Source: Monocercomonoides exilis PA203
Taxonomy: Eukaryota > Protista > Preaxostyla
Assembly: GCA_001643675.2 (NCBI GenBank)
Contig: LSRY02000004.1
Span: 124,001-188,000, forward strand
DNA length: 64,000 bases
Direction: 5' to 3'
Below, in pieces: positions 49,901 through 61,900 of the stretch. The notes under the pieces are model-generated. The model made no database searches. It was not told the DNA's origin and saw only the letters and a list, made by a program, of their open reading frames with translations. A program made the translations under genes and the position numbers. Within the stretch, counting starts at the first letter, position 1. Each line of letters starts with the position of its first letter.

Positions 49901-52900
49901 CTTCGCAGTACACCCTTGACAACCCCAATACATTATGTGGATATGATGAACATGATGATACACTTCATTTCCAATTGGGGTATTTTATGATGGGAGTGAA
50001 TGGAAATGCATTTGTCTCTGATAAAGGCGCAGATACTTTAATCTGTGGTGTGATGGACTATCCATGCGCAACTATCTTATTCGCTGCAGAACGTCAAGAA
50101 ACTACACAAAAGGAAATAGCTATCTTGGAAAAGCTAACTTGCAACTCAACTCATTTATTCGATGAAGGATCATTTGTTGTTAAAGGAAACGATATCGTAA
50201 CAAAATCGGATGAAATGATTCTATTTTTGGCATCTTCTGTTGGGTTTGAATTGTTCAGTATTTCTGTAATGACGACATTTAACTCTTTTACAATGAGAAT
50301 CGACAGAAATGACACAAGCAGCATTACAATCTTTTCGGTTACTAGTTCTCAACTGACTATGAACAACATTCTATTATTAACTGCAACAGACCTTCCAGCC
50401 CAAACAGACTTAAAATTTGCATCTTGTACAGGTGATGGCACAACTTTAACGTTAACTTCTTTCATATTTGAAAATACTCGGCCTATGAAATTCATAAATA
50501 AGCCTTTCATTTCTGTTGGTGAAGGCAGTGTTTTGTCGATGACTTCTTCAAAATTCGCGATGCTAGAGTTCACGCAGGCTAACCTTATTAAAACTGAAGG
50601 CAGCAAAACGATCACATTGAATAATAATTCTTTTACAAACTTAACTTCTCATTCAACAACTGGAGTGAATGGCTCTGTTTTAAATATGAAATGTAATTCC
50701 TCTGCGTCATCCTCTTCTGTAGCAATTTCTGATTGTACTTTCGTTTCTTGTTCAGTTTCTGGAGAAAACAGTTGTGGAGGAGCAGTCTTTTCCAATTTAC
50801 AAACGAACGATGCTACATGGGTGATGAAGAAATGTTCATTCAACGGATGCTCCGCATCTCCAACTAACAATGGGAAAGGTGGAGCAGTTTGCCTTTGTCT
50901 TGAAATTGCCACGGCCCAATTTTCATTTTCTGATATTAATGGATTCTCAACCTGGGAAAATAACGTTGCGTCTCTTGGGATGAATATCTTTGTTTTTTCT
51001 CCTGATCTTTCTCAGTCTATTACGAACGATCGCTTCCAAGTTTTTAATCCTGATTCTTGGAATGACTCAACAGCCGAGGGATTTGATAAAGGAAACCTAA
51101 CACTATCAATCCCACTAAAATATTTCTTAATATCTCTTCAGCGCGAAGTATTTGTCTCTTCAGTTGATGGTACTGATACTGCTGCCTGTGGAACACGGAA
51201 CTATCCTTGCTTCACTTTATTTGCTGCCTGGGATAAATTAAATGTTGTTGTTGTATTAAATCATCTTATAATCAGTGAGGTCGTTGATATGTCACAAAAT
51301 AATCTTGAGTTAAAAGGAGAAGCTCAATCAGAAATAGAAATTAATTCTTCTCAACAATCTTGTGCAATTTTTGTTTGTGAGAAAAAATCCACTTTTACGA
51401 ATTCTAATTTGTCTGTAACGGCTGCTCACTCTGATACTGTTTCAATATTCAGGATTTCTGGAGGTGAATTTCAAATGGATAATGTTCATTTAATAGCTCG
51501 TGGTAATCAAGAAGCTTTTCCGTTCTCTTTCATACATATGGTGCAGGGGAATGTATCGATAAGTGCATTCTCTTATGAATTATTAGGATTGACAATAACA
51601 TCTCCTATGTTTGCATCTTGCCCATTTATCAAAGTTTCTGGAGGAAAAGTTGGAATTTCCTCGAGCACATTTGCATATCGCTCTTCTTCTGATTCACCAT
51701 TTATGTTGGTGGAATCACAAGGATTGCTGTCTTTATCAGCTACAAGATTCTGTCTGATGGAAGAGATTGGTTCATCTTTGATTTCAATTGTTGCAACTGC
51801 CTCTGTTCAGATCGAGAATAATTGTGCTTTCGAGAACATAATGAGTTCGCATTCAGATTTATTTAACGTTGGAGCTGAATCCATACTAAAGGTGAATGAT
51901 GCAAGCTTTTCTTCGATAGTCTGTGGTAATGCTGCTATTATATCGTCCACCAATTCAGTTGCGTTTACTGTGAATTCTTCAACATTCGAAGATATTACTC
52001 GCCAAGAAGGAGATGGTGCTTGCATAACTTGTTCGGGAACGACTGGAAATGTTTTGGTGAGTCAATGTACTTTCACAAGATGTCGCGTAACGGTCACTTC
52101 GAGTGGTGGAGGAGCAATATATGGAAGTTTAGATTCTGATATTCATTTCTCATTATCTTCTACAATAATAAGCGAATGCTCTGCTCCTTCAACTCCTTTG
52201 TTAAATGAGCAGGATATGTTTCCTTTACCTATTAATGAAGAAATTCATTTAAACACATTCGCATTGAAAGGAAAAGGAGGAGGTCTATATCTCAATCTTG
52301 TTTCTTATGAAGCAGATTTTAAATATCATTGTAATCGATCTGACTGGATTGACAACAAAGCTGATTTTGGACGGGACGTGTTTGTGAAGTCAAGTAATTT
52401 GTCATTATCTATCCAGCAAAGTCGCTTTGGCAGTTTTGCACCAATCATACCAATTGAAAAGACATCTTTTGGTGGGTTTGATGAAGGCAAAAGCTGGCCA
52501 AATATACCATTTGAATATCTACTTGTTCGTACTTCTCCAATTGTGTATATCTCTCAAAATGGTGTCAATTCTTGTAGTTGCGGTTTTATTGATTACCCGT
52601 GTGAATCTCTGCAGTATGCTCTATCACGGCAAACTGGAACAGTGAGAAATGTAACAATACTAAATTTGTTTGAGCAAAACAATAGCCTAACAATCGCTGA
52701 TTATGATGTTTCTGTATCTGGACAATCGTCATCTAACCTATCTTCTCTGGTTATTAATCAAATAGGAGGAGAAGCGTCTTCAATTTATTCTATTCAATGC
52801 AATACTTTTATAAAGTTTGTTCAATTCGTTATTAGCGGTGTATCAGAAAATACCACTTGCTATTTTTCTGTTGCTGGTGCAATCTGTTCTCTTTCATCTT

Positions 52901-55900
52901 GCCATTTTGTTGCATCACAATGCGATCATCAATTTTTCTCAGTCACTGGATCGACTTCTTCTGTAGAAATGACAACTTGCAAATTCCTTTCTTTTAGATA
53001 TGCTGCAGCATTGCCTTTTATAAGCATTCAAAATGGTGCAAGACTTTTAATGGAAGGAAGTTTATTTGAACATATTACTGTTGAATCTACTGATTTCATG
53101 GAAGCAAAAGAAAATTGCAGTCTTCAAATATCTGGTTCTTCCGCTTTTTCATTCATTACACTTGATACTGGGTCTTTAATAAAAACAATTTCATGTATTT
53201 CTCTTTCGATAACATGTTCTTTTGCAAATATCGTAAGCAGTGGAGGCGATGGAAGCTGCTTGAATATTGGAAATTCCAGTTTCTTTGAATTAAATCATCC
53301 TTCAACACATGAACCTACGGAAAATTCAATTCAAACAACAATCACAATTGTAAATAGCTCTTTTGATGGATGCAAATCGCAATCTATTCAAGGAAAAGGA
53401 GGAGCAATCTTTCTCATGATGATGACAAATACAAACCCTACACAAATACAAAATACATCTTTTTCTAACTGCGAGACATCTCATCTTCTTTCACTTTCTC
53501 GGGGAGCGGGAGGCGCAATTTATCTTTATGCTGATGATCAAACAAGCCAGTGGAAGCTCGATACTGTTGCTCAAAATGAAAATGAATCATCGTTATTTAA
53601 CAATAATAATGCAAAATATGGTAAAAATTTGTTTGTTTCGAGCTTTGACCTTGCAACTACAGTGACTCAAAGCAGGTTCTTGTCTTTCAATCGAAATGAG
53701 TGTCCGGCAGATCTTATTTCAATGAGCGGAAACGATGAGCTTGATAATTCCGTTGTTATTCCACTGTGCTTCTACTTAATGGAGCTGGACAATCCTGTGT
53801 ACGTCAAAATGGAAAGTGATGATAGGAATATCTGTGGATTTGTTGATTATCCATGCAAGACACTTCCTCATTCAATTTCTCGCTTATCTAAATCAGAAAT
53901 GCAAATTCATGTAATTAGATCATTCGAATTACTCGAAGAAATAAAGTTGAGTTTGGATATTCTTTCCCTGCGCCCTGCAATTGGTTCTATTTCTTCAAAT
54001 ATTGTGGTTAGTAAAGGAGAACTTTCCTCTCTTGTTGGAATGTTAACCACAATCAAAGAAATATCTGTCGAAAGCATCAACTTTTGCATGCCGACTGAAA
54101 TAAATAACCAAAATTTCATTTCTGTGGAGTCAGGTCATTTCTCCTTAAAAGCATGCTCACTCAAATCAATTTCTCATTCTTCTATGAAGTTCTCGTTTTT
54201 ACTGGCAACTAATGGAATTGTTAATGTAGAAGATTTTATTCTTGAACCAACTGCTCTATCTTCAAATGGTAGATATTCAAATGCGCTCATCTCCGACTCC
54301 TCACTGTTTGTAATGAAGAATTCTCTCACAAAGGGAACGCTTACAAATCTTACAATTGCATCTTCGTCTATTACAGGGAGCTCTCCTCTAATTTATGCTT
54401 CTAACGCGGCTTCAATAGATCTATCTTCGTCAACTTTCGAACGATTGTCATTTGAATCCACTTCACTTATCAAAATTGATACTAAAGCACATTTAATTGT
54501 GACAGATGTTGTATTCGAGGATATAACGTTCTCAAGCGGATCTGTTGTAAATCTCACTCTTCTCAGTTCTTCGATAATTACAGGAAGCAAATTCATAAGA
54601 ATAGTTTCTGAATCTTCAAATGGTTCTGCAGTCTCAATTAACCAACCAATTTCAAATGTGCCAGAGGCTGATAATTCAACAACAGATGAAAGTGAAGCTG
54701 CTATAATGGCAAATTCAAACTCAAATGCAGCTCTTTCTATTTCGATAGCCCAAACGCAATTCTTTGCATGCAAAGCAACTGGAAATGGGAAAAGTGGAGG
54801 AGCAATTTCAGCACAATTGAAAAATGATGTTGTGCTTTCTGTTGAAGAATGCGGATTTTCTAATTGTGAAGCAATGTGCAGATCTGAAAATGGCAAAGGA
54901 GGAGCCATATATTTAGAACTTATTGATTGTGATGCTTTATGGAAATTGGACACAGATCCTTTTAAGGGAGTTTTGCAAGCAACAAATAACAAGGCATCTA
55001 TCGGTCGTGACTTGTTTGTGTTTTCAACAGATTTAATAACGAGCATAATCGACTCAAGGTTCCCTTCTTTAACTCCAAATCTTATCAGCTCCGATTTTGA
55101 CAAAACATCAATGCTTGGATATGAACACCTATTTCAGGAGCCTGCAATTCCATTACTGTACTATCTTCTTGGATTCAAAGATGAGATTATCTCTGATGAA
55201 ACATATTCTGTTGTTTACCATTCAAAAGTAGGCAATGATACAACAACTTGCGGGTTCGAAAACTATCCTTGTCGTACCATCGTGCATTCAATAGACAGAG
55301 CAAGAAATAAAACTGGAAATTCGAAACTTCTTGTTGTGAATCAGGATGAAGCTGTTCTCGATCAAGACCACGTGCTTGACATTAGCTGGCTTATAATTCG
55401 AGGTAAAAAAATTATTGATGAACCGCTTTCAAAGCCAACTTCAAAACTGATTATTTCAAGCGAAGGCACAATTTTTTCAGAGTCTGGCTTATTGTGGAGT
55501 GTTAATGTTTCTTCGGTCGAACACTTGATAATAGAATTGAACACAATCACATCAGAAAAGCCCTTCTTTGCTCAGGAGAAGGGAAGATTGAATCTTGAAG
55601 ATATCATTTTAACAACTCGTAACGTTGATGCGCCTGTGGAAAATGCATTCATAATTTTAAAGGAAGGTGTCGTTAATATTGAGCATCTGGAATGTTCAGA
55701 TATTACATTTTCTAAGCCATTTTTATCTATTGCTGAAAAGCAGTCTGCAATTCTTAATGATATAAAAATCAATCGAACTGTATTTCTTTCTTCGGATCCA
55801 GTGATTTCGTTAGGCAAAGAAAGTACATTCTCATTGATGCATGCTTCAGTTGAAACTTCAAAGAGTGAATCAACTCTGATCTCACATTCGAAATCCAATA

Positions 55901-58900
55901 GTGTAACCATCAACGATGCCACGTTTGTTGGCTTTCTTTTTGCAAACGGATCAATTGTAGAGTCCCAGAAAGTCAAAGAGATGAATATTTCGAACTGTGA
56001 ATTCTCAGATATCCGTCGAAAAGAATCATACGGGTCAGTTATCAACTTGGACGAAGGTGATCAAAACACTTTAACTTCAATCAATTTTATTACCATTGAA
56101 AATACAAGTTATGTTCATTGCAGAGTTATGAATGATGAAGAAACTCTTTTGAGTGGTGATGGAGGAGCTATCTATGCAAAATTAAACACAGGAACGCAAC
56201 TTAGCTTCATTGGGTGTCCTTTGTTTAGAAGTTGCGTTGTTCCATTTGATGGAGAATCATGTTCAGGAAAGGGAGGAGCAATCTATCTTTATTTGCACTC
56301 AGCATATGCCGAATGGACCATTGACGATATCGATGTGGATATTCTTTCTGGTGCTGCTCCGAATAGGGCATCTGTCGGAAGAGACTTGTTTGTCTCAGCG
56401 AAAAACCTTACTGAGACTTTCAATATAAATCACATTCCCTTCGAAGATTATGAATCTGCTCAAAGATATTGGTTTGATCATTCTTCTCTTTGCGGATTCG
56501 ACAATCACGACGACTTGTACACTATTCCTCTCAGATATTATCTACTTTCATTTGAAAATGAGTCAATTGCACATTCTGATGCAATTACTGAGTTGTATAC
56601 GCGTGTGTATACAAATTACAATGGTGTTGATACATCTGCATGCGGATATGTGAATTATTCATGTCTTACGCTTCCTCATGCAATATCTCGAAGTATTTGT
56701 CAAGATAATTCGAATTATTCCATCATCATTATTCAAAAGAATCTAACATTAAGCGAAGAATATTCAAATCCTCTAAAGGGCTTAATCGTTAGAAACGAAA
56801 ATCCATCGAATCCAGCTTATTTTATCCTGACGCAAGGACTTATTGCAACTGCTGCTGCTTTCATCAACTCTGAGATGGTCACTTTCAGCGATGTTACAAT
56901 TGATCTTTCACCTATTTCGGTATTAAAGCCTTTCTTTTTATTGAATGGAACCAAAAGCACCTTTGAGAGATGTATATTGACAACGAGTATGTCAGATTCA
57001 ACAATCACAAATAGCGTATTCGAAGTATTAAAAGGAGTGTTAGTTATAACAGACATCAAATGCAAGCTGCCATTCGCAGAAGGAATATCAACAAAAATGG
57101 TATTTTCAGGAGCATCATTCGCAACGTTAAAAACTGAAGCATCTTCTGGTTTATTCAGCTGTCTTTCTCTCACTAACCTTCTGCTCAAAGGCTCAGAACC
57201 ATTTATTTCTGTTTTTCAAAGTTCACTACAACTAAGTGATTCTGATTATCAGAATATAACTTCTGAAGCTGAGGTAATCAATCTTGATTCAACTATTAGC
57301 GTATCCATTAATCATGTCAACTTTTATTCTTTGAAAATGATAAATAATGCTGTTTTCAGTACAACACTGAGCTCAGCATTGAATATTGAACACTGCTCGT
57401 TTATTACAATTTCTGGAACTTCAACGACAGGTTCTTGCTTCAATATGATTGAAGGTGATGGAACAAATGGAAATAAATGGATTCACTTTGTAAATACATC
57501 ATTCGATAAATGCATTATCGAATCAGACGATAATCCAAATGAAGGCTTAGGAGGAGGAATTTATGTTGAGCTGCAAAAGGGGGCTGATCTAATCGTCGAT
57601 AGCAATTCTTCATTCCATAATTGTCATGTGCCAAATGACTTAGCAGATGGAAATGGAAGAGGCGGAGCAATTGCTCTGTTTTTGTCTCAATCTGATGCAT
57701 CATGGATCATTCAAAAGCTCAACTTTTTGCAAGAGAATTCTGAAAGAACTACAAACGAAGCGCGATATGGAAAGGATTTATATGTTTATTCTCCGAATCT
57801 TACAGTGAGTATAACCACAGCAACAGTTCCATTTATCGACCCTCTTAATGATAGCCATTATTCATTTGATCATAATGCACTTGTTGGATTTGAAGGCAAC
57901 ATAACTGCTGCAATACCAATTCCATATTACATTCTTTATTTTGAGTCAGCAACAACTCAAGCACCGGATGATACAACTGTTATTTATGTTTCAACATCAG
58001 GGACTGATACTTCAGCTTGTGGCTTTGTTAATTATCCCTGCTTGACTATTGGTCAATCAGTTGATCGCTCTCAGAATTCCAATACAATTATTATTGTTAA
58101 AGAGAAAGTGGAACTAAAAAACGAAACAGAGCTTCGTTTTACAACTCTTGTGGTTAAGGGAATAGATGATACTTCTCCTTTATTTGTGCTGAGCGAGCCG
58201 GAGTCAGCTGAAGGTAATTCAATGGTTATCAATAATGATAATGCTTTATTCAAAAGCATAAGATTTGACTGCCAGCCACTTGGAGATGGTATGCAATACT
58301 TTTTGCTAAATGGAACAGCACTTCGCTTTGAGAATTGCATTATCACAACGAGTCATTCATTCAAAACAATTTCTAGCACTATTATTGTGGTTGTTAAAGG
58401 ATCTCTTTTTATTGATGAAATGTCTGTGAAGTTGGAAGCAAGCCTTCCATTTGAATCAAACTCTATAGTAAGTAATGTTGATCAACTGATTTTTGATTCA
58501 TCATCATTTGTTGCGCTTTCAGAAGTTGTTTCTATTGCTTCAATAAGCAAATTACTTGTGAACGAGTCGCAAATATATGGAAATAAGCCTTTTATCAATG
58601 TTGTTCGTCAGAGTCAACTAAAGCTAATCTCATCTAAGTTTTCAACTGTTTCCTCAAATTCTCCGCTTATCAATGTTGAACAAGCAGAATTTGTTGAAGT
58701 TAATTCTGTTTCTTTCTCAAAAATTAGTCTATCTGATTGTTCAGTCATTCGCTCTAATAATGTTAAAATGCTTCGTTTGGATGATTCTTCTTTCTTTGAT
58801 GTTTGCAGATCCACTGGAAATGGATCGTGTCTCTCGTTGACCGAGGGAGATGGAACGACTGTACCAAGCGCATGCACTGTGTCGCTTGCTTCTATTCGCT

Positions 58901-61900
58901 TTGACAACTGTCGAGTTATGGACGAGCATGAAGATTTACAAGAAGGTTGTGGAGGAGCAATCTACGCGGATCTTCAAAGAGGAACAAAACTGACTTTGAA
59001 CTCTTTGTGCACTTTCCAAAATTGCTATGTTCCTTCAACATTGCCAGAAATGAAGGGGTATGGTGGTGCAATGTTTTTCAAATTAAGGCAAACGGATGTT
59101 GACTGGCATATTGATTGGATTGACTTCCCATCAATTGGAGATGCAAATAGGAACAGGGCAGTATTTGGAAGAGATCTTTTTATAACTTCTCAGAATCTTA
59201 CAAAAAGCATTACAATTGACAGATTAGATTGCCCATCATGCGGTGAAGATGGTATCAGGAATCCTCGTGATTTCGATCATTCATCTTTGGAAGGGTTCAA
59301 TGACACGGATGAAACTCATGCAATTCCATTAAGATACTTCCTCACATCCTTTGAAATGAGAGAGATTGGCTCAGGAGACGATGCTGTTATCTTTCCAGTT
59401 GGTTTTGTTGGAACTGAAGGTGTGGATTCAATCTGTTGTGGCTTCTTCAACTACACATGCGAGTCATTACCTTGGCTTGAAACACGAATATTGTCCTCAA
59501 CAAATTCTAATCTCAATGCAATTGTAGTTATCAATAGCTCTCTAATTTTGACAGAAGAGTTTAAAAGTTTGTACAGCGAATTGCAGATCCAAAATGATCC
59601 GTTAACAGATGTTTGCCATCTTATTGTGAAAAGTATATCTGAAGGAAGCCGCAAAGGAGTCATATGCAATGATCAAATATTATCTATCACAAATGTTGCA
59701 TTTTGCATTCCGTCATCATTTAGAAGACACGAAGCATTGTTCCTTCAGTCAAACGGAGAACTCAACATACAAACCTCAAACATTATCCCAACTGATTCTG
59801 GGTCAGTGCTCAGTTATCCACTCTTTGTTGTAACTGGAGGGTCTCTTGCTGTTTCAGACTTCGAAATTGTGCCTGTTCAACCTCTTTCATCGGATGAAGT
59901 GCATCAAGAAAGCTTATCTTTTGGGAAATCAAACTCTTTGCAACACAGGAAAAATCAGGATGCGTCACCTTCGGCAATTCAAATCAACAAATCTTCTCTT
60001 TTACTTATTAATGGCACTGGAAAAGTATCGCTTACAAGAATGACAGTGAAGGAGCTTCTATTAGCTGAAGAGAATCCATCATTAGTTATTCAAAGTGGTG
60101 CATCCATTTCGTTTGAATCGTGCATATTTGATGGAATAGGCTTTCCAGCTTCTTCTCTTATTTCTACGTCGATGGGAGAGTTGAGTATTGAATCATCATC
60201 ATTTTCAAATATGAACTGTATTTCATCCCCCCTAATCACTTCTGAAACATCACGTTCATTTTCAATGACAAACAGTAATTTTACAAATATTGCCCGAGAA
60301 TCGGGAGATGGAAGCTGTCTTCACTTTGAGGAAGGTGACCTCCCTGAGTCATCACTTACTGAGATAGAAAAAATAGTCGCAATGTCTCACTGCAATTTTA
60401 CAAATTGTTGCATAAAGAATTCTTTGGATGAAAACAACGAAGGGAGAGGAGGAAGTATTTTTGCACGATTAAGCGCAGGTGTCAGATGGACGTTTGATTC
60501 TTCTTCAATTGCCCAGTCTTCGGCTCCATATGACAGCAGTTCATCCAAAGGAAAAGGAGGTGGGATCATGATTTATGCAGTTGACAGCGCTTTGGATTGG
60601 GAAATAAATCCAATTTCTTTCCCTGAACTGGGTCAGATTGATCAAAATCAAGCATTTTCTGGAAGAGACATTTTTGTTTCGAGTCCGGCATTAAATTCTA
60701 CCGTAACTAAATTATCATTCATTTGGGATACATGGGATTATCAGCAGTCATATCGCTTTGACCATTCATCCATGGAAGGGTACAATGAACACAATTCTGA
60801 ATATGTCATTCCTCTCCCTTACTATTTGTATCAGCTTCATCCAACCATTTATGTTTCAACGCCACTTGGATTCGATACAACAGCTTGTGGATTCGATAAT
60901 TACACATGTCAAACTCTTCCTTGGGCAATCTGGCGCCAAACTGGAAACGATGAAGCAGTCGAAGGCGATGTGACGATCAATTCGACTGTAATTGTGAAAG
61001 AAGAATATCAAATTGTTACAAAATCGCTTAGCATAAAGTCAAATGAATCACAAAGCCAAATTATCATTCAGAATGGTATAAACCAATCTCTTGATGCAAT
61101 TTTGTTAAACCAGAAAATTTTATCATTTACGAACATTGATTTCTTCCTCCCACAGACGATTGGTCAACATCAATCAATCATCCACAATAAAGCAAGTGGA
61201 TCTACAACAATTGATAACTCTCAACTGATTGTTACTGACATATCACATGAGTTGCAGTATCCATTTTTGGTTGCTGATGGTGGATCTGTGTCACTTCATT
61301 CATTCGTAGTCGAGCCATGTTCGGCTGGATTCAGTTCTCAGTCAGCAAACGATGTACAGTCAATAATATTTAATTCAACTTCACTTCTGTTGGCAAAAGG
61401 AAGCTCGACTGCCATAACTATCAACGCACTCACTTTCACTGCAGCAAAATTCATCGGAAGCGAAACTTTGTTCAAAATAACCGAATCAGCTTCATTTACA
61501 ATTTCTAATTCCAAATTTTCACATCTGGATGATATGTCAGTTTCTCTGTTTGATTTATTAGGAGCTTCAAGGTGTTCAGTTGAATCACTGATTGTTGAGG
61601 ATATTGATGAAAAATGTGATCGTCCATTTATTTCAGCAGATAATTGTGTTGAATTTTGTCTGCAGCACTCAAATGTTTCATCATATCGATCATCTTCATC
61701 TTCTGTTCTATCAATAACCAAAACTCAACAATCTTCATTAGAATCAAATAATTTTTCTCTTGTCGAAGTCGAACAAGAATCTGCAATCTCTGTTACAAAT
61801 GTGAAAAGGAGGTTTTCAGTGATTGATTGCAGCTTTAAAGACATCAACCGTAAATCCAGCGATGGGTCATGCCTTTCTTTCAACGAGAAAGAAGAAAATT